The notes under the pieces: generated by a model
Told to the model about the DNA's origin: nothing
Database searches by the model: none
What the model saw: only the letters and a program-made list of their open reading frames with translations
Made by a program: the position numbers and the translations under genes
Part shown: in pieces, positions 47,168 to 64,000 of the stretch
Layout: each line of letters starts with the position of its first letter
How positions within the stretch are numbered: position 1 is the stretch's first letter
Assembly (NCBI GenBank): GCA_963693365.1
Contig: CAVNZM010000013.1
Coordinates: 317,259 to 381,258, forward strand
Origin: Amoebidium appalachense
Taxonomy: Eukaryota > Protista > Ichthyosporea
Reading direction: 5' to 3'
Length of the DNA stretch: 64,000 nt

Positions 47168-48137
47168 CACGCACACAAGCATGTGCACACACACACACAC
47201 ACACACACGCACATACACACACACACACACTTCAAGCACGCACACATACAGACACACACACACATGTGGCACACAGACTGACCCATTTTCACGTGCGCAT
47301 GCACACGCATGCACAAGCACAGGCACATGCGCGCCCAAATGCACACAACCATTTGCATGCACACATACGACCCGGACACACACACTCGAGCTCATGTATC
47401 CACACACACCCTCCCCCTCCCCCCTCTTCTCCCTCCCCTCGCACTTCCTTTCTCAGGATCCGCCTACTACTTAATTATTGACCCGCCTTTGATATCATTA
47501 TCAGGAATTTCGAAGTATCGATGTCACATTCCCCCTTCTCCCCCCCCCCCCCCCCCCCTTCCCCCTCCCTCCCCTCCCCCCTCTCCCCCCGCTCCACCCC
47601 CTCCCTCCCCCCACACGAGGCAAACACGCATCTTCTCTGCACATTGGCGATAAATCCTGTTCCCAACCACACTTAAGGCATATTCTTTTTATCTACTAAA
47701 TATCCCCCTCTCCTTTTTTTCCCTTCCTCGAACCCACCACCTTAACACTTCATGCACACACCCAAGCAGATACTCCACCAAAGATATATTTGAGCCGAGT
47801 AATCCCTTGCGTTCACACACACACACACACACACACACAGATGTGCGAGCATGTACGTGCACACATGCAGACACGCACAGACACACATGTTCACCGCACA
47901 AACACACATGTTCACCGCACAAACACACATGTTCACCGCACAAACACACATGTTCACCGCACAAACACACATGTTCACCGCACAAACATGTGTGTACACA
48001 AGCACGTGTGCAGATACGTGCCTGCGCACCTACACACACACACACACACACACAGGTACACAAGCGCATGTGACCACATGCGCCCATGCACACATGCGGA
48101 CACGCACACGAGTTCATACACGTACACAAGTACACAT

Positions 48138-48203
<66 letters not shown>

Positions 48204-48255
48204 CGCGCGTACACATGCACACACACGTACACATGCACACACATACTAACCCTCC

Positions 48256-48291
<36 letters not shown>

Positions 48292-48660
48292 ACACACACA
48301 TACACACACAGATCACCCACTGTCAAATCTGTCTTGATGAGTCCTTTATCTCTGATCTTGAAAACTCCTCAACAAGGTGCTCCTCCCCCCTCCCCCCCCC
48401 CCCCCCCCCCCCCCCTCAACACACACACACACACACTCACCCACACACACACCCCACACACACACCCCACACACAAGCACACACAAGCACACACACAGAC
48501 AATAAAGGAGGAAACAAAATAATGGCATGAAGCATGCAAATTGAACGAAAAGAAAGAGGGAAGATGTAAAGAAGAGAAGAAACAAAACGGCAACATCTAC
48601 CCCGACATAATTCCGGTGGCCACACAACCAAAAGTGATGTCCTTCGGGACTATGTATCTA

Positions 48661-48694
<34 letters not shown>

Positions 48695-49922
48695 GGGGGG
48701 GCAGCCCACTGTCCTTTTTTTTTTTTTTTTTTTTTTTTTTTCCCTCCCCCCTAGGCTCCCTGAATCTTGATGATGGGCTCTGCTCAAGTGTCATCTTCTG
48801 CAAATTCTGGGTAAACGGCTAGGGGTGGATATCTTGTTAATTCACAGTGTAGACACACCCAACCTCGTTCATAGAACTACGTTTACATAGGTACATCAAC
48901 ATTGGGTGAGATCCGTTGAACAGGTTTTATCAGGATAGATGTACAGGTTTGCAGATATACCGGAGTAGATACACCATTACTGCTGAACTAACCGGATATA
49001 TACACATATGATTTTCTGATTTACTTGTGTATATATACCACTACTTAGTCAATGTCATCGTACTTTTGATTTAGTCAATATCATGGTAGATATACAATAC
49101 TTTTTGGCTGAGATAACTTCGAATATTCAGGTGCCGCCACCACCGTGTGGGCAGCCACGGATCCCAGCCTGGAGGGGGTTGGGGGCAAATATTTGGCCGA
49201 CTGCAACATCTATGTGCCGGGTATATCCCCCCCCCCCCCCCCCCTCTCCCCTTCCTCTCCCCCTACCCCCTCCCCCCCCCCACACAACACCACCACTGCC
49301 ACCCCCCTCCCTCCCACCCCCTACTCCCTCCCCTTCCCCCTCTCCTCATCTCGCTCTCGCTAACTTCCATTTTCTGAAGACGATTAGTGCACACACATAG
49401 CACAGGCAAGCACACAAGGACATGAACACAATCCGATACCCCAGGTTGCCTTCGTGTTCATGTCGTCAAAACGGCGGTCCTGGGGCAGAGGGGGAGGGGG
49501 GGAGGGTGGAGGGAGTGGGGGGAGGGGAGGGAGGAGGGAGGGGGGGGGGGGGGGGGGGGGGGGGGGAGGGGGTTAGATTGCGGTTGTGTGCATGTTGTAT
49601 GCATTAATGCTCTAACATGTGTGTTTGTGGTGTGATGCTGATGGCTGTTGCGGTGGGCGTGTGCATGTGTGTGTGTGTGTGTGTGCGGGCGTTTGTGTGT
49701 GTGTGTTTTTTTTGGGGGGGGGGGAGACGGGAGACAGGGCTGGGGTTTTGGGGAGGGGGGGGGGGGGGGGGGGGGAGGGGGCACAGACGTCACATTAGTT
49801 TGTTGCTCAGGCAAATGTGCCCTGGTTGCAGAGTATGTGGGTGCATTTTTTTTTTTGGATTTTTTTTTGGATTTTTTTGAAGTGGGGGAGGAGGGGAAGG
49901 GAGGGGGGAGAGAGAGAGAGAG

Positions 49923-49969
<47 letters not shown>

Positions 49970-50449
49970 GCGTGTGTTTGTGAGAGAAGGTGCAAGGGGG
50001 AGAGAAGGAGAAGCGTGGAGGGGGTGGGGCTAGTGGGAGGGGGCGGAGGGAGAGGGGGAGAGAGAGAAATGTGAAGGTTCCCTCTTCTTCAATAGGAGAG
50101 CCTATAGCACGACGTTCTGGTGTGACTTCTCGCAAATGACATTTACGCTTTGACGTAGGAAATTGTTTTTGGGTTTTATTGCAATTTAGCAGATTCTTCG
50201 ATGTGCCGAGTTTGTTATATGTTAATTAATGATGGCTCCATCGAATTACATTATTAAGGTGTATGTTCTTTCTTTTTTATGTCTGTTGTTTCTTTTTTCC
50301 CTTTTTTTTTTTTTTTTTTTTTTTTGGGTTGTGTTTTATTGATTTTTTTCTCTGCAGGCCGTCCCGAGGCATCTGACCCGAGCATGCTCAAACGGCTCTT
50401 CGAATATGGACTGAAGCTGACTGGCGGGTGCTCGGAGTGGGATCCATGA
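40713..50449 (+). CDS. Short-chain dehydrogenase/reductase, Tic32/WWOX/RDH12-like, 10 exons
   Basis: Exons 40713-40725, 42140-42285, 42914-43012, 43942-44100, 45039-45110, 45871-46023, 46849-46943, 48312-48376, 49131-49220, 50358-50449, all GT-AG and phase-consistent; motifs [31 protein letters not shown]. Confidence 0.92.
47880..47990. repeat. 21-bp intronic minisatellite (ACAAACACACATGTTCACCGC), about 5 units
   Basis: Directly visible. Confidence 0.9.
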
Positions 50450-51228
50450 ATTTTGCACCTTTTAAATGTATGATCAACTTATAGTTTTAGTTTTTAAACT
50501 TCTAATTTTCCTTCCTTTTTTTTTTTTTTTTTTTTTTGTTTTTTGTTTTTTGTTTTTTGTTTTGCTTTTGGAGGGTGGGGTGGAGGGGAGGGGGAGGGAA
50601 GGGAGGGGGGGGGGGGGGGGGGGGGGGCTGGTGTTGCATGTAAAGATATCAACGCTGTAAATCTTCTGAACATTGAGGGGTTTGTTTTGGGCCTCCATTT
50701 TTTAACCAGTAGGTTAAAAATGTTGTGCTTGTACATTGCGTATATTTTCCATCCGATCCGAACCTTATGTAGAAGAATATTGGAATTTCGGTACTGGATA
50801 GTACTTCTGTTGGATACACGAAAGTGACCGGTTTGATGGTGTCCGTAGCATGTAACGTATGTAGATATTCTCAATCTTGTTGGGATATCAGGACAAAATA
50901 AAAATTTGTGGTCCCCGTACGGGCTTGAGACCTCCAACATCGCTCAGTCTCCCCTGCACCCTATCAAGTGCCCCCTCCCACCTCCCCCACGCCTCCTTCC
51001 CCCCTTCCCCGCCGATGCGGGCTTCCTGGAAGGGGGTGGATGCAGGTGCACGTTAGGCACGACCCCACGTGTCGGTGTGTGCATATTCGGGCACCCGTGG
51101 CCATGGGGAGCGGAGGGAGTGGTGGAAGGGGGAGGGGGTTCGTGTACGTGGCCGTGCAATTTGTGTATGTGTGTGTGTGTGTTCCGAGGGGGGAGGGGAG
51201 GGCCGGGGGGACCCGGGGGTGGGGAGGT

Positions 51229-51260
<32 letters not shown>

Positions 51261-52078
51261 GGGGGGGGGGGGGGGGAAGAGGGGGGGAGGAGGAGGGCGG
51301 GAGGCTCGCATATCATGAGTTACATAAAAATTCGCAGATTGCCATGCAGATATGCTGTACATATGTAGCCCATGCACTCGTGAGGGTTGGCGCAGGCGTG
51401 GGGGGAGGGGGGGGGGCCGGGGGGGGGGGGGGGGGGGGGGCTGGCTACGTATGCAATGCTGTATGCCAGTAAAGGCACACGGGATATCCTTTTGCAGGTG
51501 GAACTCTGGGCTGCCGAATCCAAATCTTTCATCTGCTTCATTACATAATGTTGTTTCCAGCACCGTCATGTTTGAATACACCCTCCATAGTCACAACGGT
51601 ACGAATATCTCAGTCATCGGATGTCAGACACGTATTGATTGATTCACTCCCATGTTTACGTATGCATATGTGAAGTTCTGCTGGGACAACAGAGAGGATA
51701 CACAAGTCCACAGGTAAGTTACACCCATGTGTGTCTCTCCAGCAAAAAAAAAAAAAAAATCCAGTAAATAGGAAGCTATCAAGATCGGTAATGAGGATCC
51801 GGAACATACAACTAGCTGAGTTGGGAATGATATTTAAAAAACATGTATTTACACGAACTCGGCACTCACTGAAATGATCGAAATTTGGATTCAGATTTCC
51901 CACCATCACATACCATTCTCGAATTTTTTTCAACAGCAGAGTCCCATTTCTAAATACCCTTCACCCAGCAAGTTGCAACAGCTCACATTAGGCAGCCTGA
52001 CTGCCTATGCTTCGAAACCGATAAAAACCAGAAAAACGGCCCCAAAGCCCCGAATTTTCAAACCACAAAAGCTTCCAG

Positions 52079-52691
52079 TTACAGCGACAGCTCGGGCGGC
52101 ATGGGAATGAGCGTGTCAGGAACAATGCAACTCGAAGGGCTGGTGGTGTTCGTCACATTAACCCTCATCTCCGGGTCACCGCACGTCGTTGTAGAGTTAA
52201 ACTCGGCAGGGTCGAAATAGTTTATCATCACAAAAAACCCGCTGAGGTTTCTGGTTCCGGTGGTCGCGTTAACGCCGCGTACCACGTGCATGCCGACATA
52301 GTACGGCATATTCACGTATTCGTAATCGTACGTCAGCGTGCTCGTAGGGAATAGCTTGTTCGTTTCAGATTCGGCAAGGCACGACCCGATACCGTAGTTT
52401 CGGTTCTTGAACCCGGCCCACGAGTAAGAGTACCTGAAACCCGGAACCGAACCGTTTATGGGGGGTTCGAACCGGAAGGTCTTGAACCAGTACTGAACCG
52501 TTACGTTGGTGAAGACGGGGGCAAAAACTGTGGCGTAGCCCTCGAAGCCCTTCGGGTAGACTTTGAGGTGCTCCGTCTTGTTGGTGATGGGGTTCTGCAC
52601 GCCAATGTCCATGTACTGTGTGTGTGGGTAGGGTAGGATGGGGTGAGCGTGTGCACGTCATTTAACGAGGTCTTTCTGCGCGCATGTCTGG

Positions 52692-52734
<43 letters not shown>

Positions 52735-52760
52735 TTTTTTTGGGTTGAGGGGGGGGAGAT

Positions 52761-52793
<33 letters not shown>

Positions 52794-52963
52794 GGGGGAA
52801 AAGGGAACAGGGGGATTGGTTAGGTGTATGTGTGTCGGGAATGCCAGAGGTTTTCTATTTCCTGCCTTGTCATCCCTTTTTTGCCTGTCGATCCCTCCCC
52901 CCCCCCCCCCCCTCCCCCCCCCCCTCCGTCCCTTCTAGTTTGTGTGTGCACCTGTTCCGTGCT
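52079..52963 (-). pseudogene. Duplicated last two exons of the secreted-protein gene
   Basis: Same ORF as 55957-56490 plus micro-exon 52952-52963. Confidence 0.7.
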
Positions 52964-53050
52964 CTGGCGGTAGTTTGTGGTGGTAGTGGATGGTTGGGGA
53001 TGGAAAGGGGAGAGAGTGGGGGATGAACAGCGAGGTCGTGGCAAGCCGAC

Positions 53051-53147
<97 letters not shown>

Positions 53148-53400
53148 ACCACCACTGCCACCCCCCTCCCTCCCACCCCCCTACTCCCTCCCCTTCCCCC
53201 TCTCCTCATCTCGCTCTCGCTAACTTCCATTTTCTGAAGACGATTAGTGCACACACATAGCACAGGCAAGCACACAAGGACATGAACACAATCCGATACC
53301 CCAGGTTGCCTTCGTGTTCATGTCGTCAAAACGGCGGTCCTGGGGCAGAGGGGGAGGGGGGAGGGTGGAGGGAGTGGGGGGAGGGGGGGGGAGGGGGAGG

Positions 53401-53445
<45 letters not shown>

Positions 53446-53803
53446 GATTGCGGTTGTGTGCATGTTGTATGCATTGATGTCTCTAACATGTGTGTTTGTG
53501 GTGTGATGCTGATGGCTGTTGCGGTGGGCGTGTGCATGTGTGTGTGTGTGTGTGTGCGGGTGTTTGTGTGTGTGTGTTTTTTTTGGGGGGGGGGGAGACG
53601 GGAGACAGGGCTGGGGTTTTGGGGAGGGGGGGGGGGGGGGGGGGGGGGGGAGGGGGCACAGACGTCACATTAGTTTGTTGCTCAGGCAAATGTGCCCTGG
53701 TTGCAGAGTATGTGGGTGCATTTTTTTTTTTGGATTTTTTTTTTGGATTTTTTTGAAGTGGGGGAGGAGGGGAAGGGAGGGGGGAGAGAGAGAGAGAGAG
53801 AGA

Positions 53804-53845
<42 letters not shown>

Positions 53846-54229
53846 GCGTGTGTTTGTGAGAGAAGGTGCAAGGGGGAGAGAAGGAGAAGCGTGGAGGGGT
53901 GGGGCTAGTGGGAGGGGGCGGAGGGAGAGGGGGAGAGAGAGAATGTGAAGGTTCCCTCTTCTTCAATAGGAGAGCCTATAGCACGACGTTCTGGTGTGAC
54001 TTCTCGCAAATGACATTTACGCTTTGACGTAGGAAATTGTTTTTGGGTTTTATTGCAATTTAGCAGATTCTTCGATGTGCCGAGTTTGTTATATGTTAAT
54101 TAATGATGGCTCCATCGAATTACATTATTAAGGTGTATGTTCTTTCTTTTTTATGTCTGTTGTTTCTTTTTTCCCTTTTTTTTTTTTTTTTTTTTTTTGG
54201 GTTGTGTTTTATTGATTTTTTCTCTGCAG

Positions 54230-54321
54230 GCCGTCCCGAGGCATCTGACCCGAGCATGCTCAAACGGCTCTTCGAATATGGACTGAAGCTGACTGGCGGG
54301 TGCTCGGAGTGGGATCCATGA
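54230..54321 (+). pseudogene. Duplicated terminal exon of the SDR gene
   Basis: Same sequence as 50358-50449 with its acceptor. Confidence 0.8.
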
Positions 54322-54472
54322 ATTTTGCACCTTTTAAATGTATGATCAACTTATAGTTTTAGTTTTTAAACTTCTGATTTTCCTTCCTTTTTTTTTTTTT
54401 TTTTTTTGTTTTTTGTTTTTTGTTTTTTGTTTTGCTTTTGGAGGGTGGGGTGGAGGGGAGGGGAGGGGAAGG

Positions 54473-54506
<34 letters not shown>

Positions 54507-55106
54507 CTGGTGTTGCATGTAAAGATATCAACGCTGTAAATCTTCTGAACATTGAGGGGTTTGTTTTGGGCCTCCATTTTTTAACCAGTAGGTTAAAAAT
54601 GTTGTGCTTGTACATTGCGTATATTTTCCATCCGATCCGAACCTTATGTAGAAGAATATTGGAATTTCGGTACTGGATAGTACTTCTGTTGGATACACGA
54701 AAGTGACCGGTTTGATGGTGTCCGTAGCATGTAACGTATGTAGATATTCTCAATCTTGTTGGGATATCAGGACAAAATAAAAATTTGTGGTCCCCGTACG
54801 GGCTTGAGACCTCCAACATCGCTCAGTCTCCCCTGCACCCTATCAAGTGCCCCCTCCCACCTCCCCCACGCCTCCTTCCCCCCTTCCCCGCCGATGCGGG
54901 CTTCCTGGAAGGGGTGGATGCAGGTGCACGTTAGGCACGACCCCACGTGTCGGTGTGTGCATATTCGGGCACCCGTGGCCATGGGGAGCGGAGGGAGTGG
55001 TGGAAGGGGAGGGGGGTTCGTGTACGTGGCCGTGCAATTTGTGTATGTGTGTGTGTGTGTTCCGAGGGGGAGGGGAGGGCCGGGGGGGACCCGGGGGTGG
55101 GGAGGT

Positions 55107-55151
<45 letters not shown>

Positions 55152-55283
55152 AGAGGGGGGGGGGGGGAGGAGGAGGGCGGGAGGCTCGCATATCATGAGT
55201 TACATAAAAATTCGCAGATTGCCATGCAGATATGCTGTACATATGTAGCCCATGCACTCGTGAGGGTTGGCGCAGGCGTGGGG

Positions 55284-55320
<37 letters not shown>

Positions 55321-55956
55321 CTGGCTACGTATGCAATGCTGTATGCCAGTAAAGGCACACGGGATATCCTTTTGCAGGTGGAACTCTGGGCTGCCGAATC
55401 CAAATCTTTCATCTGCTTCATTACATAATGTTGTTTCCAGCACCGTCATGTTTGAATACACCCTCCATAGTCACAACGGTACGAATATCTCAGTCATCGG
55501 ATGTCAGACACGTATTGATTGATTCACTCCCATGTTTACGTATGCATATGTGAAGTTCTGCTGGGACAACAGAGAGGATACACAAGTCCACAGGTAAGTT
55601 ACACCCATGTGTGTCTCTCCAGCAAAAAAAAAAAAAATCCAGTAAATATGAAGCTATCAAGATCGGTAATGAGGATCCGGAACATACAACTAGCTGAGTT
55701 GGGAATGATATTTAAAAAACATGTATTTACACGAACTCGGCACTCACTGAAATGATCGAAATTTGGATTCAGATTTCCCACCATCACATACCATTCTCGA
55801 ATTTTTTTCAACAGCAGAGTCCCATTTCTAAATACCCTTCACCCAGCAAGTTGCAACAGCTCACATTAGGCAGCCTGACTGCCTATGCTTCGAAACCGAT
55901 AAAAACCAGAAAAACGGCCCCAAAGCCCCGAATCTTCAAACCACAAAAGCTTCCAG

Positions 55957-58217
<2,261 letters not shown>

Positions 58218-59267
58218 TTTCTGTCTTATTAGCTGACTACTGTGTCTTCTCTTACTTATGATTGACTTACTGGAGAACACACGATGGTTTTTATGTTTTG
58301 AGTTTCACTTTGTGCGAATGCTAGTTGTAAGAAAAGTCAAGTGAGCAAGTGATGTTCAACAGTGTGTAATTTGTGAAACGTCTGTCAGAGTGAACTGGAC
58401 TTGTGTCTGCTGCGGAGCTCCCGCCTCCCGCAAATATCTGAAATTGAACCAATCAGATGTTAGGATCTAAGGACAGCCAATGAAAATCAGATGTGTCGAA
58501 CCAATCATCTTTTAAAGGCGCCTATCAGGGCTCTAATAGCCGCTCTATCATCATGTTGCCCACTTTGAGAGTGAAGTTCGAATAGGGGAAATGGCTGCCC
58601 TCTCGCAAGCATTTCTCATGCACAAAGATAAAAAGGGTTTTCACGTTATAGATAATGCGGTGCTGTAATATAAATCTTGTGGCATTGTGTGAACAGTATA
58701 CAGATGGCTGCCAGCAAAGTCCGCATGGCCCCAGCCTGGAGCGGGCTAATTAGTTGTCATTAGTGAATTTTCAATCCGAAATATCACATCAAAATGAATA
58801 GTGTCTTGCCTGTTCAAGAGTCCTTTTATGTTGAAAAAACATACTCCCACAAAATGGCCTGCAAATTCAATATTCATTTTCCCCTTCCTCAACATTTGCG
58901 TCTTTTCCCCGACTTAAGAAAAAAATCTGATAGAAGCTGAGTTATCTATAAAATATATGCATTCTATTATCTGTTGTCTATCTCGTTGCTTCTCGAGTAG
59001 TGGGGGTCTTGGTATGCGTGACTGATGCCGACGCAGCTCCCCTTGGCATGGCTCTTTTCTTCTATTTCAATGTAAAAATGTACTTATCACTAATAATATA
59101 AATATCTTGCAATATAAATGCTCTCACCTATTATGTTGTTGCATGTAAGAGACGGAGTATTTCAATGATACAGACTCTGATATCCGGTTATGATACAGCC
59201 TTAATCATCGGCCAGGCCACGGAGGCATCCCCTTAGATCTCGTGGTCCAAAGCTTTTAGTAAAATAA

Positions 59268-59316
59268 CCAATCAGCAAGCGCCATGTGGTTTTGGCGCAT
59301 AAATTCAAATGCCGCC
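59268..59316 (+). promoter_or_regulatory. CCAAT, E2F-like and CHR-like motif cluster upstream of UBE2C
   Basis: CCAAT 59268-59272, TTTGGCGC 59291-59298, TTCAAA (TTTGAA on minus) 59304-59309, about 190 bp before the ATG. Confidence 0.45.
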
Positions 59317-59494
59317 TGTCACCAGCAACTCGATGCAAACACGCAAGCAGGCGGCGACCCCAAAACGAGACTCTCAGAAGACCGACTGCACGCACAACGT
59401 AGAAGTGTTGGTCATTCATATTATCTCATCTTCGTTAAGAAGCAGCAAGCTTTGCATATCTCTTTTCATTCACACAGTCACACCCGCTTTGAGA

Positions 59495-63010
<3,516 letters not shown>

Positions 63011-63321
63011 GTACTTCAAAGTATCGAGCCCAGCCTAGTTTCGAATGACTAGAGGTTTCTTTTTTTTTCTTCTTCTTCTCATGTTGTACAAGTATGATGC
63101 TTGCAGCATACCAGCATAGACATCCCTAGTCATTTGAATGTTGAAAAACCTATTGCAAGCTGTCAAGAGAGCATATACGTTCAATGTTTGAGCGGTTTAT
63201 AATTTGATCAAGGGATAAGGTGGGAGGGTATGGGTGCCTTTGGGCAGTAGTTTGCCCACATGCACAGCATATACTTCTGAATCTTTGGTTTGAAATCGTC
63301 TCTGTTTCTTTGTGCGTAGTT

Positions 63322-63690
63322 CTACCGTGAGCTTAATTTGTACATTAGAAATGGTATGGCGACTGCTTTTGGATCAAAGCGGCTGCCTGGGAGTCCGTGG
63401 GTAATAAAGTACACTCCAATGAAAAGGAGCAGTGTGGCCACCATTTCAGGTGTTCCTGCTAAAAAGGAATTCGAAGAGGGGCAAAAAAAAAAAAAAGACC
63501 GTGTCAGACAGCTATCACACTGCTTGTCCTCCCCCCACTGGGACCCATCCCAACTGCAGGCACACACACATACACACACACACACACACCGAGGATCCGG
63601 ATGGGTGCGCATGCATCTACCTAGCGCGTGTTTCTCACGGTGTAGTTCGAACTGCCAAACTTCGTGCCTTGCCCCGTGGATTATAATGCT
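63322..63690 (-). CDS. Possible last two exons of a gene starting beyond the window
   Basis: Phase-compatible exons (about 63690-63620 and 63455-63322) read IIIHGARHEVWQFELHREKHALGTPEMVATLLLFIGVYFITHG...; no homology recognised. Confidence 0.35.
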   Translation of the reverse strand, partial: SIIIHGARHEVWQFELHREKHALGRCMRTHPDPRCVCVCVCVCACSWDGSQWGEDKQCDSCLTRSFFFFCPSSNSFLAGTPEMVATLLLFIGVYFITHGLPGSRFDPKAVAIPFLMYKLSSR

Positions 63691-64000
63691 AATCATCATG
63701 GGGCCATCACATACATTATCAATTTACCCCCGCGGGCCCGAGGCATTTTCACCCGGGCCCGGGGAGAGAGCTCGGGGGGAAGGGGTCTATCGCAATGGGA
63801 GTCTAACACAAGAAATGTATCATACTGCAGGTTTTAATGAAGATCTTATCGATCATATGGGCATTGACGAAGCTTAAGAGAATATTTATATAGACACTCG
63901 AGCTCGAGCTTATGGTAACAGCCGAATGCATAATATGTTTGTTGTATGTGACACGTGTGCCTAGTTGGTAGTACATTTTCACGAAATGCGCGTGACGTTT

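Noticed and set aside
47457-47810. Extra or alternative SDR exons at about 47457-47514 and 47770-47810
   Set aside because: AG/GT-bounded but could not be joined in frame with canonical sites; exon 7 to exon 8 already gives a complete SDR.
63727-63780. GC-rich inverted repeat near the window end
   Set aside because: No partner terminus or context within the window to interpret it.

Overview
Eukaryotic genomic DNA, probably an intron-rich unicellular eukaryote; the taxon cannot be named from this window. Bases 1-37.1 kb are a nest of retroelements: three Ty1/copia families; a non-autonomous and a near-intact chromodomain Ty3/gypsy element; an Ngaro-type tyrosine-recombinase retrotransposon with split direct repeats; a tRNA-like cassette; and an unclassified 3.3-kb insertion inside an LTR. 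The Ngaro element interrupts an exon of a host ZNFX1/RNF213-type RZ-finger gene. Bases 37-64 kb carry spliced host genes (a Tic32/WWOX-like SDR, a secreted protein of unknown function, UBE2C) with introns full of poly-C/G and (CA)n tracts, plus a 3.86-kb tandem duplication. The strongest unexplained signals are four: a split primer-binding site (short PBS plus a U5 box complementary to the 5' end of tRNA-iMet) in all three copia families; a strand-specific excess of ACGAA in the gypsy family that persists in its non-coding derivative; a DLRx[RH][LIF] motif shared by copia and Ngaro Gag proteins; and poly-C tracts next to weak splice donors. Most short ORFs in the supplied track are low-complexity artefacts. 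All coordinates and counts were read by eye.
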